64,000 nt of DNA from Planctomycetota bacterium. GTDB taxonomy: Bacteria; Planctomycetota; Brocadiia; JAADGH01. The stretch covers positions 177,549 to 241,548 of the forward strand of contig JBFMAD010000005.1 in assembly GCA_040755855.1 (NCBI GenBank), read 5' to 3'. Of this stretch, positions 20,901 through 29,524 are shown in pieces; the first letter of the stretch is position 1; every line of letters starts with the position of its first letter. Both the position numbers and the translations under genes were made by a program. The notes under the pieces were generated by a model. The model did not search any database. It worked only from the letters and a program-made list of their open reading frames with translations, and was not told where the DNA came from.

Positions 20901-22362
20901 CAAGGGCGGTATCCTTCTTTTCGCCTTGCTTGGCGATCAGCAAGATATCGTCGGGACTCAGGTCCACGAACTTTTTGCTGATCTTGCCTTTGCCCGAATC
21001 CACGGTGATTTCATCAATCGAGGAGGTAACTAGCGTTCCCGTAATGCCGGCAAGAGTAAGCCGTTTGCCTTGGAGAGATGGCACGGTACCCTCCGCCGCC
21101 GTCCAGATGTCTTGCAGCACTGCGGCGTCGTCGCGGAGCAACTGAATCCGATCCTTATGCAACTCGAACTTCGGGTCCTGGAGCATCTCATCCAGCTTGG
21201 CGAGGGCGGGGCGATAAGCCCGCTTGAACATCATGTCCTTGACTTGCTGGATCAAGATGTCGCACTCGCGGTCCCGCGCCCCGAGCGATGTCTCGTTCAA
21301 TTCCGCGATAAGTTCCTGTGCGCGCGCCGTCAGATCATCAAGCCCCATCTCCATCAGCCGCTCGTAAATGGTGCGGGCCTCGTCGTATTTCTTGGCCTCG
21401 ACAAGTTTCGCGGCCTGGGCGACTTGCTCGTCAAAGAGCCGTTGCGGCACGGCCTTATAGCCCTCGATGTACCGCTGAATGGCCTGGTCCCATCGGTCTA
21501 CACGGAGTTCGGAGGGGAAATCGTCAAAGACCGCGAGGGCCTGGGCGTACTTCTTCTCGCCCAGCAACGCATCCCCCCGCGCCTTTCGCTCGTTGAAGGC
21601 CCTCAGTGCGTCAGGTTCGCACCGCTTGTCAATGGCTGCGATGATCTCTCGGACGCGGCCGGCCTCGATGCTGGTCGGATCGTGTGCAATCGCCTCATTC
21701 AGCCGTAAAATGGCGGAGCGATATAGGCCCGGGTTGTCTGCGGCGAAGCGCTCGGCGGCGGCAAGCGCATCGAGAAATTCTTTTCGTGTGTCCTGCGGCG
21801 GCTCGGCCACATCAATGGTCTTCTTCTCTGCAACGTCTTCGATCTCAATGACGTGCTTGGCAGGCGGGGGGGGGACGGCCGTGTCGGTTGCTGGAGAGGC
21901 GGGGGGGTGTTTCTGCGGCCCTGGCGCCACGAGGAGCACTACGCCGACGCCTATCAACACAAGCACAACAGAGACGGCTATGGCGATGATCGTCTTCATC
22001 GGCAGGGCCGGACGAGTTGCCATTGTCGGAACATGCGGTTCTTCTTCCTCTTCTTCCTCCTCCTCCTCCTCCTCCTCTACTTCTTCCTCGTCTCCTTCGG
22101 CTTGTTCCTTGTCCTCTTTTTCGGTTTCAGTGTTGTGTTTTTTCGCAGTTTGATCCTGGTCGGCCATTTCGTCAAAGATCTGCTCGGCCTCATCGTGGGT
22201 GATGTAGCCCTGTTCGACGAGGATCTCCGGCAGCGTAACATTGCGATTGGTTTCGCGGACCTCGTCGAGAAGCTCCTCGCACTCCTCGATCTGTTGCGGA
22301 GTGACGATGCGCAGTCGGAGGGCCGTATTTGCGAAAAGGCGATCTTGGCGTCTCAGGGGCAC
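17983..22362 (-). CDS. Membrane-anchored protein with two FGE-sulfatase (SUMF1/C-type lectin fold) domains and a degenerate zincin-like C-terminal domain
   Basis: Two copies of GMV.I..G.F.MG, KRLPTEAEWEKAARG, YPWG, MAGN..EW, RVVRGG.W, GFRCA; one TM after a poly-Glu tract; GTG start after GAGG. Confidence 0.85.
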   Translation of the reverse strand: MPLRRQDRLFANTALRLRIVTPQQIEECEELLDEVRETNRNVTLPEILVEQGYITHDEAEQIFDEMADQDQTAKKHNTETEKEDKEQAEGDEEEVEEEEEEEEEEEEEPHVPTMATRPALPMKTIIAIAVSVVLVLIGVGVVLLVAPGPQKHPPASPATDTAVPPPPAKHVIEIEDVAEKKTIDVAEPPQDTRKEFLDALAAAERFAADNPGLYRSAILRLNEAIAHDPTSIEAGRVREIIAAIDKRCEPDALRAFNERKARGDALLGEKKYAQALAVFDDFPSELRVDRWDQAIQRYIEGYKAVPQRLFDEQVAQAAKLVEAKKYDEARTIYERLMEMGLDDLTARAQELIAELNETSLGARDRECDILIQQVKDMMFKRAYRPALAKLDEMLQDPKFELHKDRIQLLRDDAAVLQDIWTAAEGTVPSLQGKRLTLAGITGTLVTSSIDEITVDSGKGKISKKFVDLSPDDILLIAKQGEKKDTALGNLNGGIFLLYGGSLKAAEKRLLEAQSEGKEVSRYLRLLAVRKSEHEAQTRKGPTRSNPPSGMVHIQAGEFLMGSSSGPPDERPMRRVFLDAYFIDMYEVKNEDYKKFVDAAKHAPPPYWLNGTFPDGKSQHPVVMVSWEDANAYAAWAGKRLPTEAEWEKAARGDDGRAYPWGNTYRSGKCQGAEQVSGQTFKDRNAFTAWFAEWQKLKKNELTLRDGGATVQVSTYRSGASPYGICNMAGNVREWTTDFYDEKYYATAPALNPPGPAKGELRVVRGGSWQSISTGGVESIRTPDREGLLPFEKRPDVGFRCAMDAPVEEVEYPLNKFENALGIQEPSAPEMEDALPPVVEAPEGMVYVPEGPFTMGGDAEEGAQNEAPSHRVHLSAYFIDAHEVTNEEYKKFLDETKHEAPAHWQNGAYAEGRERHPVTGVTYADAVVYAKWARKRLPTEAEWEKAARGTAGRRYPWGDDFDPSRAQCAERAAGTPIASLKDRYEWYEKFSGSDEGKKLIAQGGATAPVASMEKGNSPFGCSDMAGNAAEWVSDWFNEEYYEKAPELDPQGPNAGEMRVVRGGAWDGIGEGAINSLRCADRESRLPTDADIRIGFRCAMSAQQTLTQAGTPEKEPAAQEALDEAVEKLKALSDKATHSLARKKDLFTRESKHFIIHSTFTPEETREKVRYIESLYERMCKVMGVPSEVPIWRGKCVIHLFADQREYVLFSLDIHNMARADRTMGYVFRQDGWTCIVAAFPHIEIPDKTGKTTDQWKNECARLQEQAAERFKSTVVSNIIHAFLWSCKSGAPMKPWILQGLVQHFEYAEFPDAKTWQTRRQQALDAIAKWDKQNAEQASHKPGEFFKKILAATDLDDEQRALTWSAVTFMVQKEPKKFIVFFDLLKQEQADAEAMLRAFGSSKLVAEYDEEARKSAPDASRLQSLLDRAIGSFETQWLENMRKMIKDEDINKTKPAKGGGG

Positions 22363-22402
22363 CGTCAGGACCTCGTTGGAAACACCTGGACAGATTTACT
22401 TT

Positions 22403-22431
22403 ATTATCCTCGGCGTGCCATCGAGTGTCAA
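22403..22431 (-). promoter_or_regulatory. Sigma70-type promoter for the FGE/WD40 operon
   Basis: TTGACA-17 nt-GATAAT on the minus strand, about 40 nt before the start. Confidence 0.6.
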
Positions 22432-22584
22432 GGCGAAAGTGGCCGACGGGTTTTGGGCATGTTGCCGAAATGGAATCGGGCAAACGGGCGCTCCCCTACA
22501 ACGACTTTTCACTGGGATTTGTCAGATGCTTAGCCGGTAGGTTATCGGTGAAGTTAATCACAGGCTGATTTGGCAAATCCGATC

Positions 22585-22613
22585 TTGACAACATAGGTGG
22601 GTGGTGCTATATT
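22585..22613 (+). promoter_or_regulatory. Sigma70-type promoter for the V-ATPase operon
   Basis: TTGACA-17 nt-TATATT with an extended -10 TG. Confidence 0.7.
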
Positions 22614-22655
22614 TCACTTTTTGTTCGCTTGGGCGGTGGACGGTTTGCGGAACAA

Positions 22656-22874
22656 ATGACCAAGAAATCGAGCGGACTATACCGAGGCCTTGCCTTGGTC
22701 GGCAGCCTGTCCTGGACATTTGTCGTGTGCACGGTTTTGTGCGCCTTCCTGGGGACGTTCCTGGACAATACGTTTCGGACCCCGCCTGTTTTTCTATGGA
22801 TCGGCGTCGCGGTTGGCGTTGGCGTGAGCTCCTGGCAGTGTGGCAAGCTCATACACAAGAGGATTCGAGAATAG
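22656..22874 (+). CDS. AtpZ/AtpI ('ATPase gene 1') family small membrane protein
   Basis: Two TMs with the ...LGTFLDNTFRTPPVFLWIG.A.GV pattern of the family (G..LD..F.T.P.F...G). Confidence 0.75.
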   Translation: MTKKSSGLYRGLALVGSLSWTFVVCTVLCAFLGTFLDNTFRTPPVFLWIGVAVGVGVSSWQCGKLIHKRIRE

Positions 22875-22881
22875 AAGAGAT

Positions 22882-23199
22882 ATGTGCGCCAAAATTGTCG
22901 AGCAGATCCTGAACATCGAAGTGGAGGCAGATCGGATTATCGCCGAGGCGGAGGCCGAGGCAAAACGCATTCACGCCGAGGCAGAGGATAAGATAGCATC
23001 TCTCCGCAAGACTGCTGCCGCCGAAAGCGAATCCGCCTCCGCGAGGCAGCAAGCCGAATTCGAGCAATCCTGGAAAAACGAAGAAGATGCGCTGCGGAGC
23101 GAATTCAGCGCCGCGCGTGACCATATCCAGAAAACCGGGGCGGCGCGTCTATCCTCCGCAATCGCATGGGTGGTGAAGAAGGTGACGGACTCGCGTTAG
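22882..23199 (+). CDS. V/A-type ATPase peripheral stalk subunit G/H
   Basis: Ala/Glu coiled coil (IEVEADRIIAEAEAEAKRI); position before subunit I. Confidence 0.75.
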   Translation: MCAKIVEQILNIEVEADRIIAEAEAEAKRIHAEAEDKIASLRKTAAAESESASARQQAEFEQSWKNEEDALRSEFSAARDHIQKTGAARLSSAIAWVVKKVTDSR

Positions 23200-23200
23200 C

Positions 23201-25210
23201 ATGGCTATAGACCGCGTCAAAAAGCTATATGCTCTCGCACCCGTTGCTCAGACGGAGAGACTCCTTGCCCGGCTGCATGAGTTGCGGATGGTTCACCTAT
23301 CAGACTCTGCGTCGGAGTTGGGGGAGGAAGGGGCGACATTGCGACGAATCCATCGCTCCGCGGCGGGGTTCGAGGCGGATGCGAAGAAACTGGACTACAT
23401 TCTCACCCATTTTGAGCGATTCGCGCCGCGCCCCCGAAGCCTGGCCGAGAATTTTGTCTCCGTTCCACTCCTTGTCAGCCGGCAGCAGGTTCAGGAACTC
23501 CTGGATTCGTTCAGATTTCAGGAGATGTATTCCCAGGTCCATAAGTTATCGGAACAGTATCTGTTGCGGGAGAAGAAGGAGGCGGACTTGCGGGCCGAAC
23601 TAGCTCTCCTGCAACCAATGGCCGACGCGGAGTTCAAGCCCGGTGATCTGTCGAACCTTAAGTACACAACCATCCATGTAGGCATCGCGCCGTTGGAACA
23701 GTGGAAGCGACTGGAGACCGATCCGCGAACCCGAGAGGTAATGGCTTGGGAAGCAACTCCTGTGTCGTCAGGGCGCGTTCGCCTTATCGTTGCCCACCTG
23801 CATGCCCGATCTGAGGATGCCCTTGAACTCCTCAAATCCGCCGATTTCGCCGGAATCGCGCTGCCGGCACTTGATAAGACGCCCGGCGAGCGCATCGCGG
23901 AAATTGGCGAGGCAATGGAGGGGATACATCGGGAGAAGGAAAACATCTCGCACGCCATCGCTTCCTTGGCGCAAAACCGCGAGAAGGTCCAAATCATCTA
24001 CGCCCACTACCTAAGCGAGACGCAGAAGGCTGAAGCGTCGGGGAGGCTTCTCGGCTCCCCTCGCATCGCCGTGATGAGCGGCTACGTGAGGGCAAAGGAC
24101 GCGGAGGGCCTTTCCGCCGCCGTGACGAAGGAGTTTCCATCCGTCTCGCTGATTCTCGAAGACCCAACGCCCACGGACAATGTGCCGGTTTCGATCAGCC
24201 TGAACCGTTTCCTGAAGCCGGTTCAATTGCTGGTCAATATGTTCGGCCTGCCGAACTATTTCGGCTTCGATCCGACGCCGTACATTGCCATCACGTTTCT
24301 GGTGTTCTTTGGCATCTGCTTTGGCGACGTCCTGTATGGTCTATTGCTGCTGGCCATATCGGCGTTTCTGATGCACAAGGCGGGCCGTCATGCCGGGCTG
24401 AAAAATTTCTGCGCCTTGTTCGTCTATGCTGGCATCAGCACGATGATCTTTGGCGCCCTCACCGGGAGTTGGGCTTCGGACCTGGCCGATCCCAAGTATC
24501 TCGGGGAAGGCAATTTCTTGCTCAAGCTCAGAAACATATTCTATGTTTTCGATCCCCTGGCGAACACCATCTATGCCCTGCTCATAGCGCTTGGGATTGG
24601 AATCTGCAATCAGTTCTACGGGATCATCCTGTTGATGTATCGCTGCATCCGCCAGGGCCGGATTGCCGATGCAATCTTTGACGGGGGATCATGGCTCATC
24701 CTGCTGCCGGGGTTCATTATCACGGCGGCGCGGCTGTTCGTGGCCGTCCCAAACGGGCTGGCGACAATGGGCGTGGTTCTCTTCGCGGTTGGCGCCATCA
24801 TGCTGATCGTAACGCAGGGGCGCAACGAGCAGACCTTCGCCGCAAAGGCGATCACCGGCCTGGTCAGTCTCTACGGCATCCTGGGGTCCTATGGCTGCAC
24901 CAGCTTCCTGGGCGATGTGCTCTCCTATTCCCGCCTGCTGGCGCTGGGGCTGACGACTTCGATTGTGGGAATGGCCTTCAATATCATCGCGGGACTACTC
25001 GGCGACATCTCGTGCGTCGGGGGTGTGTTGTTTGTGCTTATGGTTATATTCGGGCATACGTTCAATTTTGCCATGAGCATTCTCGGCGCATTTGTTCACC
25101 CGGCGCGTTTGATCTTTCTGGAATTCTTCAGCAGATTCTATGAAGGAGGAGCTATATCGTTCAAGCCGTTCGGTTTCGGCACAACCGAGGTAAGCTTGAT
25201 GGACTCGTAA
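23201..25210 (+). CDS. ntpI: V/A-type ATP synthase subunit I (a)
   Basis: DPTP, FFGICFGDVLYG, DVLSYSRLLALGL, H..RL.FLEFF. Confidence 0.95.
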   Translation: MAIDRVKKLYALAPVAQTERLLARLHELRMVHLSDSASELGEEGATLRRIHRSAAGFEADAKKLDYILTHFERFAPRPRSLAENFVSVPLLVSRQQVQELLDSFRFQEMYSQVHKLSEQYLLREKKEADLRAELALLQPMADAEFKPGDLSNLKYTTIHVGIAPLEQWKRLETDPRTREVMAWEATPVSSGRVRLIVAHLHARSEDALELLKSADFAGIALPALDKTPGERIAEIGEAMEGIHREKENISHAIASLAQNREKVQIIYAHYLSETQKAEASGRLLGSPRIAVMSGYVRAKDAEGLSAAVTKEFPSVSLILEDPTPTDNVPVSISLNRFLKPVQLLVNMFGLPNYFGFDPTPYIAITFLVFFGICFGDVLYGLLLLAISAFLMHKAGRHAGLKNFCALFVYAGISTMIFGALTGSWASDLADPKYLGEGNFLLKLRNIFYVFDPLANTIYALLIALGIGICNQFYGIILLMYRCIRQGRIADAIFDGGSWLILLPGFIITAARLFVAVPNGLATMGVVLFAVGAIMLIVTQGRNEQTFAAKAITGLVSLYGILGSYGCTSFLGDVLSYSRLLALGLTTSIVGMAFNIIAGLLGDISCVGGVLFVLMVIFGHTFNFAMSILGAFVHPARLIFLEFFSRFYEGGAISFKPFGFGTTEVSLMDS

Positions 25211-25259
25211 ACGTCGGATAATCCTTTCTACGCGGTTGAAGACTGATTCAGGAGGAAAA

Positions 25260-25823
25260 ATGGAGAAGTTCTTGTTGGCGTATTTCATTCAGACGGGTGT
25301 GGGCTGGGCGGTTGTCGGCGCTATCGCCGCCATCATGCTGGGCGGCCTCGGATCGGCCCAGGGGATCAGGATATCCGCATCGCAGGCGGCGGGGGTCATG
25401 TCGGAGAAGCCGGAGTTGTTTGGTCGGCTCCTGGTTATCATGGCCCTGCCCGGCACGCAGGGATTCTACTCCTTTATCATCGCCGTGCTCATCGCGCTGC
25501 GCACAGGCGTGATTGCGGGAGAGCCGTTGGTCACTCCGGTCGCAGGGCTGAGTCTCCTGGCGATCGGTATCTGTGCGGGCGTCGTCGAGTGGCGCAGCGC
25601 CATCTACCAGGGCCAGACTTCCGCGGCCGCGATCAACTTGGTGGCCAAAAAGCCGGAGGAGTCGGGCCGCGCCATCCTCCTGCCCGCCCTGGTCGAGACC
25701 TATGCGGTTGTCGCGCTGTTGGGCGCGATTCTCTTTACCTTGTGGGTGACCCCGCCGGGCGCGATGAAACTGCCCGAACTGGACCTCAACAGGCCCGCCG
25801 CAACGGCCACACAGTCCAAGTAA
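25260..25823 (+). CDS. ntpK: V/A-type ATP synthase subunit K (c), 4-TM Na+-binding type
   Basis: LPGTQGFY, YQG, ALVETYA; closely parallels E. hirae NtpK; AGGAGG SD. Confidence 0.93.
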   Translation: MEKFLLAYFIQTGVGWAVVGAIAAIMLGGLGSAQGIRISASQAAGVMSEKPELFGRLLVIMALPGTQGFYSFIIAVLIALRTGVIAGEPLVTPVAGLSLLAIGICAGVVEWRSAIYQGQTSAAAINLVAKKPEESGRAILLPALVETYAVVALLGAILFTLWVTPPGAMKLPELDLNRPAATATQSK

Positions 25824-25837
25824 CAAGAGATTTAGAT

Positions 25838-26431
25838 ATGGAACGCATCCGTAGCGCTGTCATAGCCGAGGCGAAGGCCAAGGCCGAGTCCATCGCGAAC
25901 AAAGCCAAGACCGAGGCCGAAAGCAGACTCCAATCCGCGCAGGCGGAAATCGCCGCCGAAACAAAGCGGCTTGCCGACGAGTCGCGCGCCAGTTGCGACG
26001 AGGAACACCGGCAGCGAACCGGCCGCCTGAAGGCCGGCCTCCGTGTGGAGTTGCTCGTCGCAAAGAGCGAACTCATCCGAAAGGTCTTTCAGGAGGCGCT
26101 GAAGACCCTTGCCAACCTGCCACGGGAGGAGTATCTCCGCCTGATGGGCAGGTGGCTGGAAGATGCAGGCGCAGAGGCTGGAGGCGAGATTGTCGCCAAC
26201 GAACGTGACCTTGGATTGTTCCGCAACGGCTTTCTGGATAAAGTCAACGCATCAAGGCCGACGGATGGCAAGTTCACGTTGGCGCAAGAGCCTTTGTCCG
26301 TCGCCGGCGGCTTTGTTCTTCGACGCAAGGGCTTTGAGATTGACATGCGTTTGGAATCGCAATTGGCCATGCTCAAGGATGAGGCGCTGCCGGAGATTGC
26401 GAAGATTCTTTTCGGTGGGGAGGCGCCCTGA
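25838..26431 (+). CDS. ntpE: V/A-type ATP synthase subunit E
   Basis: N-terminal coiled coil, C-terminal GGFVL...IDM...IAKILF. Confidence 0.88.
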   Translation: MERIRSAVIAEAKAKAESIANKAKTEAESRLQSAQAEIAAETKRLADESRASCDEEHRQRTGRLKAGLRVELLVAKSELIRKVFQEALKTLANLPREEYLRLMGRWLEDAGAEAGGEIVANERDLGLFRNGFLDKVNASRPTDGKFTLAQEPLSVAGGFVLRRKGFEIDMRLESQLAMLKDEALPEIAKILFGGEAP

Positions 26432-27414
26432 TGAGCCGCGAGGACTGGTGCTACGTCAGCGGGCTTGTGGCCGCCTTGGAGACGCGCCTGCTCCAGCCCG
26501 GCTTCTTCGACCAGCTTTTGAATGCTGCCTCAGAGGAGGACCTGCTGGTTTATCTGGGCGATACCGAACTTGAGGAGGAATTTGAAGATTTGCCGGACCT
26601 CGCCGATGCCGAAGTGCGCATCGAGCGTTTCCTTCGAACAAGGCTCATGGACGTCCGATCCTTCTGCCCTGAGGCGTCCGTTGTTGACATGGTTTTCGCG
26701 GAGGCGGATTTCCTGAATTTCAAGGCCGTTGGCAAGTCTGCACTCCTTGGCATCGAGGAACCCTTCAGCGCCGCGGGGTCCATTCCACAGGATAGATTCC
26801 GTCGGATATGGGAGGACGGCGAGAGTGATGGCGTCATGTGGGACGAATTGGCCAAAGAGGTGAAGACCAGGATCGAGGAAATGGACGACAAACCCTTCGC
26901 CATTGATCTCATCGTGGATAAAGCCCATCTGCGGTTCATTGAAAACTGCGCGGAACGGCTCGAAAGCCCGCTCGCCACTAACTATGCGCGGCTGTACTGC
27001 GCATGGAAAAAGGCGACTGTACTCTACAGGGCAAGGACCGGCCGCACGTCGGCGGCGCAAGTGGCTTCGCTTTTCCTTGACGAGAAGGATGCGTGGCTGC
27101 GCCCCATCCTGAACGGGGCGGAGAAGGACATGATGAACGCCCTCCGGTCGGCGCTTTCGGGTAGGGTTTTCGAGGCGTTTCAAAAGGCGCCGCAGGCAGA
27201 GAAGGTGTTTGTGCTCGAAGACGCCGGCGGGAAAGACGTAATGTCCACAGTGCGAGAGGCCAAGGGCTTCGCCTACGGTCCCGAACCTGTGCTGGGATAT
27301 GTGTGCGGCCTTGTGTCGGAAGCCGCCAACCTCAAGTTGGCTGTGGGCAGCGTGCTCAACAGGCTCCCCACCGAGCGTGTCCGCCCGAAGTTGAGGGCCG
27401 TTTATGTCCAGTAA
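26431..27414 (+). CDS. ntpC: V/A-type ATP synthase subunit C (d)
   Basis: Y.SG...LETRLL, D..NFK, YGPEPVLGY...EAANLK. Confidence 0.85.
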   Translation: MSREDWCYVSGLVAALETRLLQPGFFDQLLNAASEEDLLVYLGDTELEEEFEDLPDLADAEVRIERFLRTRLMDVRSFCPEASVVDMVFAEADFLNFKAVGKSALLGIEEPFSAAGSIPQDRFRRIWEDGESDGVMWDELAKEVKTRIEEMDDKPFAIDLIVDKAHLRFIENCAERLESPLATNYARLYCAWKKATVLYRARTGRTSAAQVASLFLDEKDAWLRPILNGAEKDMMNALRSALSGRVFEAFQKAPQAEKVFVLEDAGGKDVMSTVREAKGFAYGPEPVLGYVCGLVSEAANLKLAVGSVLNRLPTERVRPKLRAVYVQ

Positions 27415-27742
27415 GATTGTTGCCATAGGGCCAAAGGATGTGATTTCGTGCTTTGCCTCGATTGGGGCGGAATTGCGGGTTACAAAGGATTCGCGGGAGC
27501 TGTCGGCCGCCATCGAGAATGCGTCCCGCCAGACCGACCTGGCCCTCGTTCTGGTTCCCGAACCCAACGCTGTGGAGTGCCGCGGCGCAATCAAGGCGTT
27601 TCGCGCCGAGTCGCAGGCGGTTATGCTCCTCCTGCCTACGTCCGCCGGGGGACCTGACCTCGCGATCGAGGAGATCGGCAAAGAAATTGAAAAGGCCGTG
27701 GGCATGAATCTATTGAAGACCGAATCATCGTCGAATCCATGA
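27404..27742 (+). CDS. V/A-type ATP synthase subunit F
   Basis: KIVAIG..D....F..IG, IEKAVG; between C and A. Confidence 0.85.
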   Translation: MSSKIVAIGPKDVISCFASIGAELRVTKDSRELSAAIENASRQTDLALVLVPEPNAVECRGAIKAFRAESQAVMLLLPTSAGGPDLAIEEIGKEIEKAVGMNLLKTESSSNP

Positions 27743-27757
27743 AAAAAGGTAGGTTTC

Positions 27758-29524
27758 ATGACTGTTCAGGGCACCATTAGCAAAGTATCCGGCCCGCTTG
27801 TCGTGGGCAAGAACCTTGCCGGCGTCAAGATGTTCGAGGTCGTGCGCGTCGGCGAAGCCAAACTATTTGGCGAAGTGATCGAAATCCGCGGCGACCGCGC
27901 CTCCATCCAGGTCTATGAGGAGACAGAGGGCCTCGCGCCGGGCGAGCCTATCGTCCCCACAGGCGAGCCGCTGAGCGTCGAACTCGGCCCGGGGCTGATC
28001 GGCTCGATCTATGACGGCATGCAACGTCCGCTCGACGTTCTCATGCGCGATTTCGGGGACTACATCGTGCGCGGCGCAGAACGCCCCGCCCTGGACCATG
28101 CCAAGCGATGGGCCTTCAAGCCCATATTGAAAGCGGGAGACAAGGTCGCCCCAGGCGCGGTGATCGGAACCGTTCCGGAATCGCCTCTCGTTACGCATCG
28201 AATCATGATTCCCGCCAACATTGAGGGCGCGCTCACGGAGATACACGAGGGCGAGTTCACTATTGACGATGTGGTCGCAAAAGTCCAGACGGCCTCGGGG
28301 GTTGTGGACATCGCAATGGCCCACAAGTGCCCGGTGCGCATCGCCCGACCTGTCGCGGAGAAACTCCCGCCCGGCATCCCCCTCGTCACCGGCCAGAGGG
28401 TGATTGACATGCTTTTCCCGCTCCTCAAGGGGGGAACGGCCTGCGTGCCCGGCCCCTTCGGCAGCGGGAAAACGGTCGTTCAGCACCAACTGGCCAAATG
28501 GGCCGACGCCGACATCATCGTCTATATCGGCTGCGGGGAGCGCGGGAATGAGATGACGGACGTCCTTCTCGAATTCCCCGAGCTAAAGGACCCGCGCAGC
28601 GGCCGGCCCCTGATGGAACGCACCGTCCTCGTGGCCAACACCTCCAACATGCCTGTGGCGGCCCGCGAGGCCTCCGTCTTCACCGGCATCACCATGGCCG
28701 AATACTACCGGGACATGGGCTACCATGTGGCCCTGATGGCCGATTCCACATCCCGCTGGGCCGAGGCCATGCGCGAGATGTCCGGGCGGCTGGAAGAAAT
28801 GCCCGGCGAGGAGGGCTACCCCGCCTACCTGGCCTCGCGCATCGCCAGTTTCTACGAACGATCCGGCAGCGTCATCTGCATGGGAGGCGAGAAGCGGGAA
28901 GGCAGCCTATCCCTCATCGGCGCGGTCTCGCCCCCCGGTGGCGACCTCTCCGATCCTGTCGTCCAGTCCACACTCCGCGTCGTCAAGGTATTCTGGGGCC
29001 TGGATGATCGCCTCGCCGCGCAGCGCCACTTCCCCGCCATCAACTGGCTCACAAGCTACTCCCTCTACCGCGACGCCGCCGGGTCGTACGCCGATGAACA
29101 TGTGGACAAGACGTGGGGCCGCAACCGCATCGCCACCGCCAGTTTGCTCCAGCGCGAGGCCGAACTGGAGGAGCTCGTCCGCATCGTGGGCATGGAGTCG
29201 CTTTCGGATGCCGACAAAATCCTCCTCGAAGGCGCCAAGATGATCCGCGAGGACTTCCTGCACCAGAATGCCTTCCACGAGGAGGATACCTACACATCGC
29301 TGAGCAAACAGCACCTTATCCTATCCACCATCCTGCTCTTCTACCGCGATGCGGAGGCCGCCATCGCAAAAGGGGCGCGACTGTCCGATATCATCGCCCT
29401 GCCCCTGCGCGACGAGATCGCCCGCATAAAGTATATCCCCGAAAAGGAAACCTCCCGCATCAAGGACTTGCAGTCGAAAATACAGCAGGCGATTGCCGAC
29501 CTCTCCGGAAAGAAGGAGTCGTAA
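27758..29524 (+). CDS. ntpA: V/A-type ATP synthase subunit A (catalytic)
   Basis: GPFGSGKT Walker A, GCGERGNE, DSTSRWAEA, PAINWLTSYS; no intein. Confidence 0.98.
   Translation: MTVQGTISKVSGPLVVGKNLAGVKMFEVVRVGEAKLFGEVIEIRGDRASIQVYEETEGLAPGEPIVPTGEPLSVELGPGLIGSIYDGMQRPLDVLMRDFGDYIVRGAERPALDHAKRWAFKPILKAGDKVAPGAVIGTVPESPLVTHRIMIPANIEGALTEIHEGEFTIDDVVAKVQTASGVVDIAMAHKCPVRIARPVAEKLPPGIPLVTGQRVIDMLFPLLKGGTACVPGPFGSGKTVVQHQLAKWADADIIVYIGCGERGNEMTDVLLEFPELKDPRSGRPLMERTVLVANTSNMPVAAREASVFTGITMAEYYRDMGYHVALMADSTSRWAEAMREMSGRLEEMPGEEGYPAYLASRIASFYERSGSVICMGGEKREGSLSLIGAVSPPGGDLSDPVVQSTLRVVKVFWGLDDRLAAQRHFPAINWLTSYSLYRDAAGSYADEHVDKTWGRNRIATASLLQREAELEELVRIVGMESLSDADKILLEGAKMIREDFLHQNAFHEEDTYTSLSKQHLILSTILLFYRDAEAAIAKGARLSDIIALPLRDEIARIKYIPEKETSRIKDLQSKIQQAIADLSGKKES

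Noticed and set aside
22037..22095. (TCC/TTC)n trinucleotide tract as a phase-variation locus
   Set aside because: It is an in-frame poly-Glu linker, so slippage would not shift the frame.
22432..22584. Riboswitch or ncRNA in the larger intergenic regions (also 47575-47711 and 63600-63950)
   Set aside because: No recognisable cobalamin, SAM, THF or T-box consensus and no tRNA cloverleaf by eye. An Infernal/Rfam scan would be needed to exclude them formally.
27758..29524. Intein in V-ATPase subunit A
   Set aside because: The length (588 aa) is normal and the sequence is continuous through the usual insertion sites (GSGKTV, GCGER).
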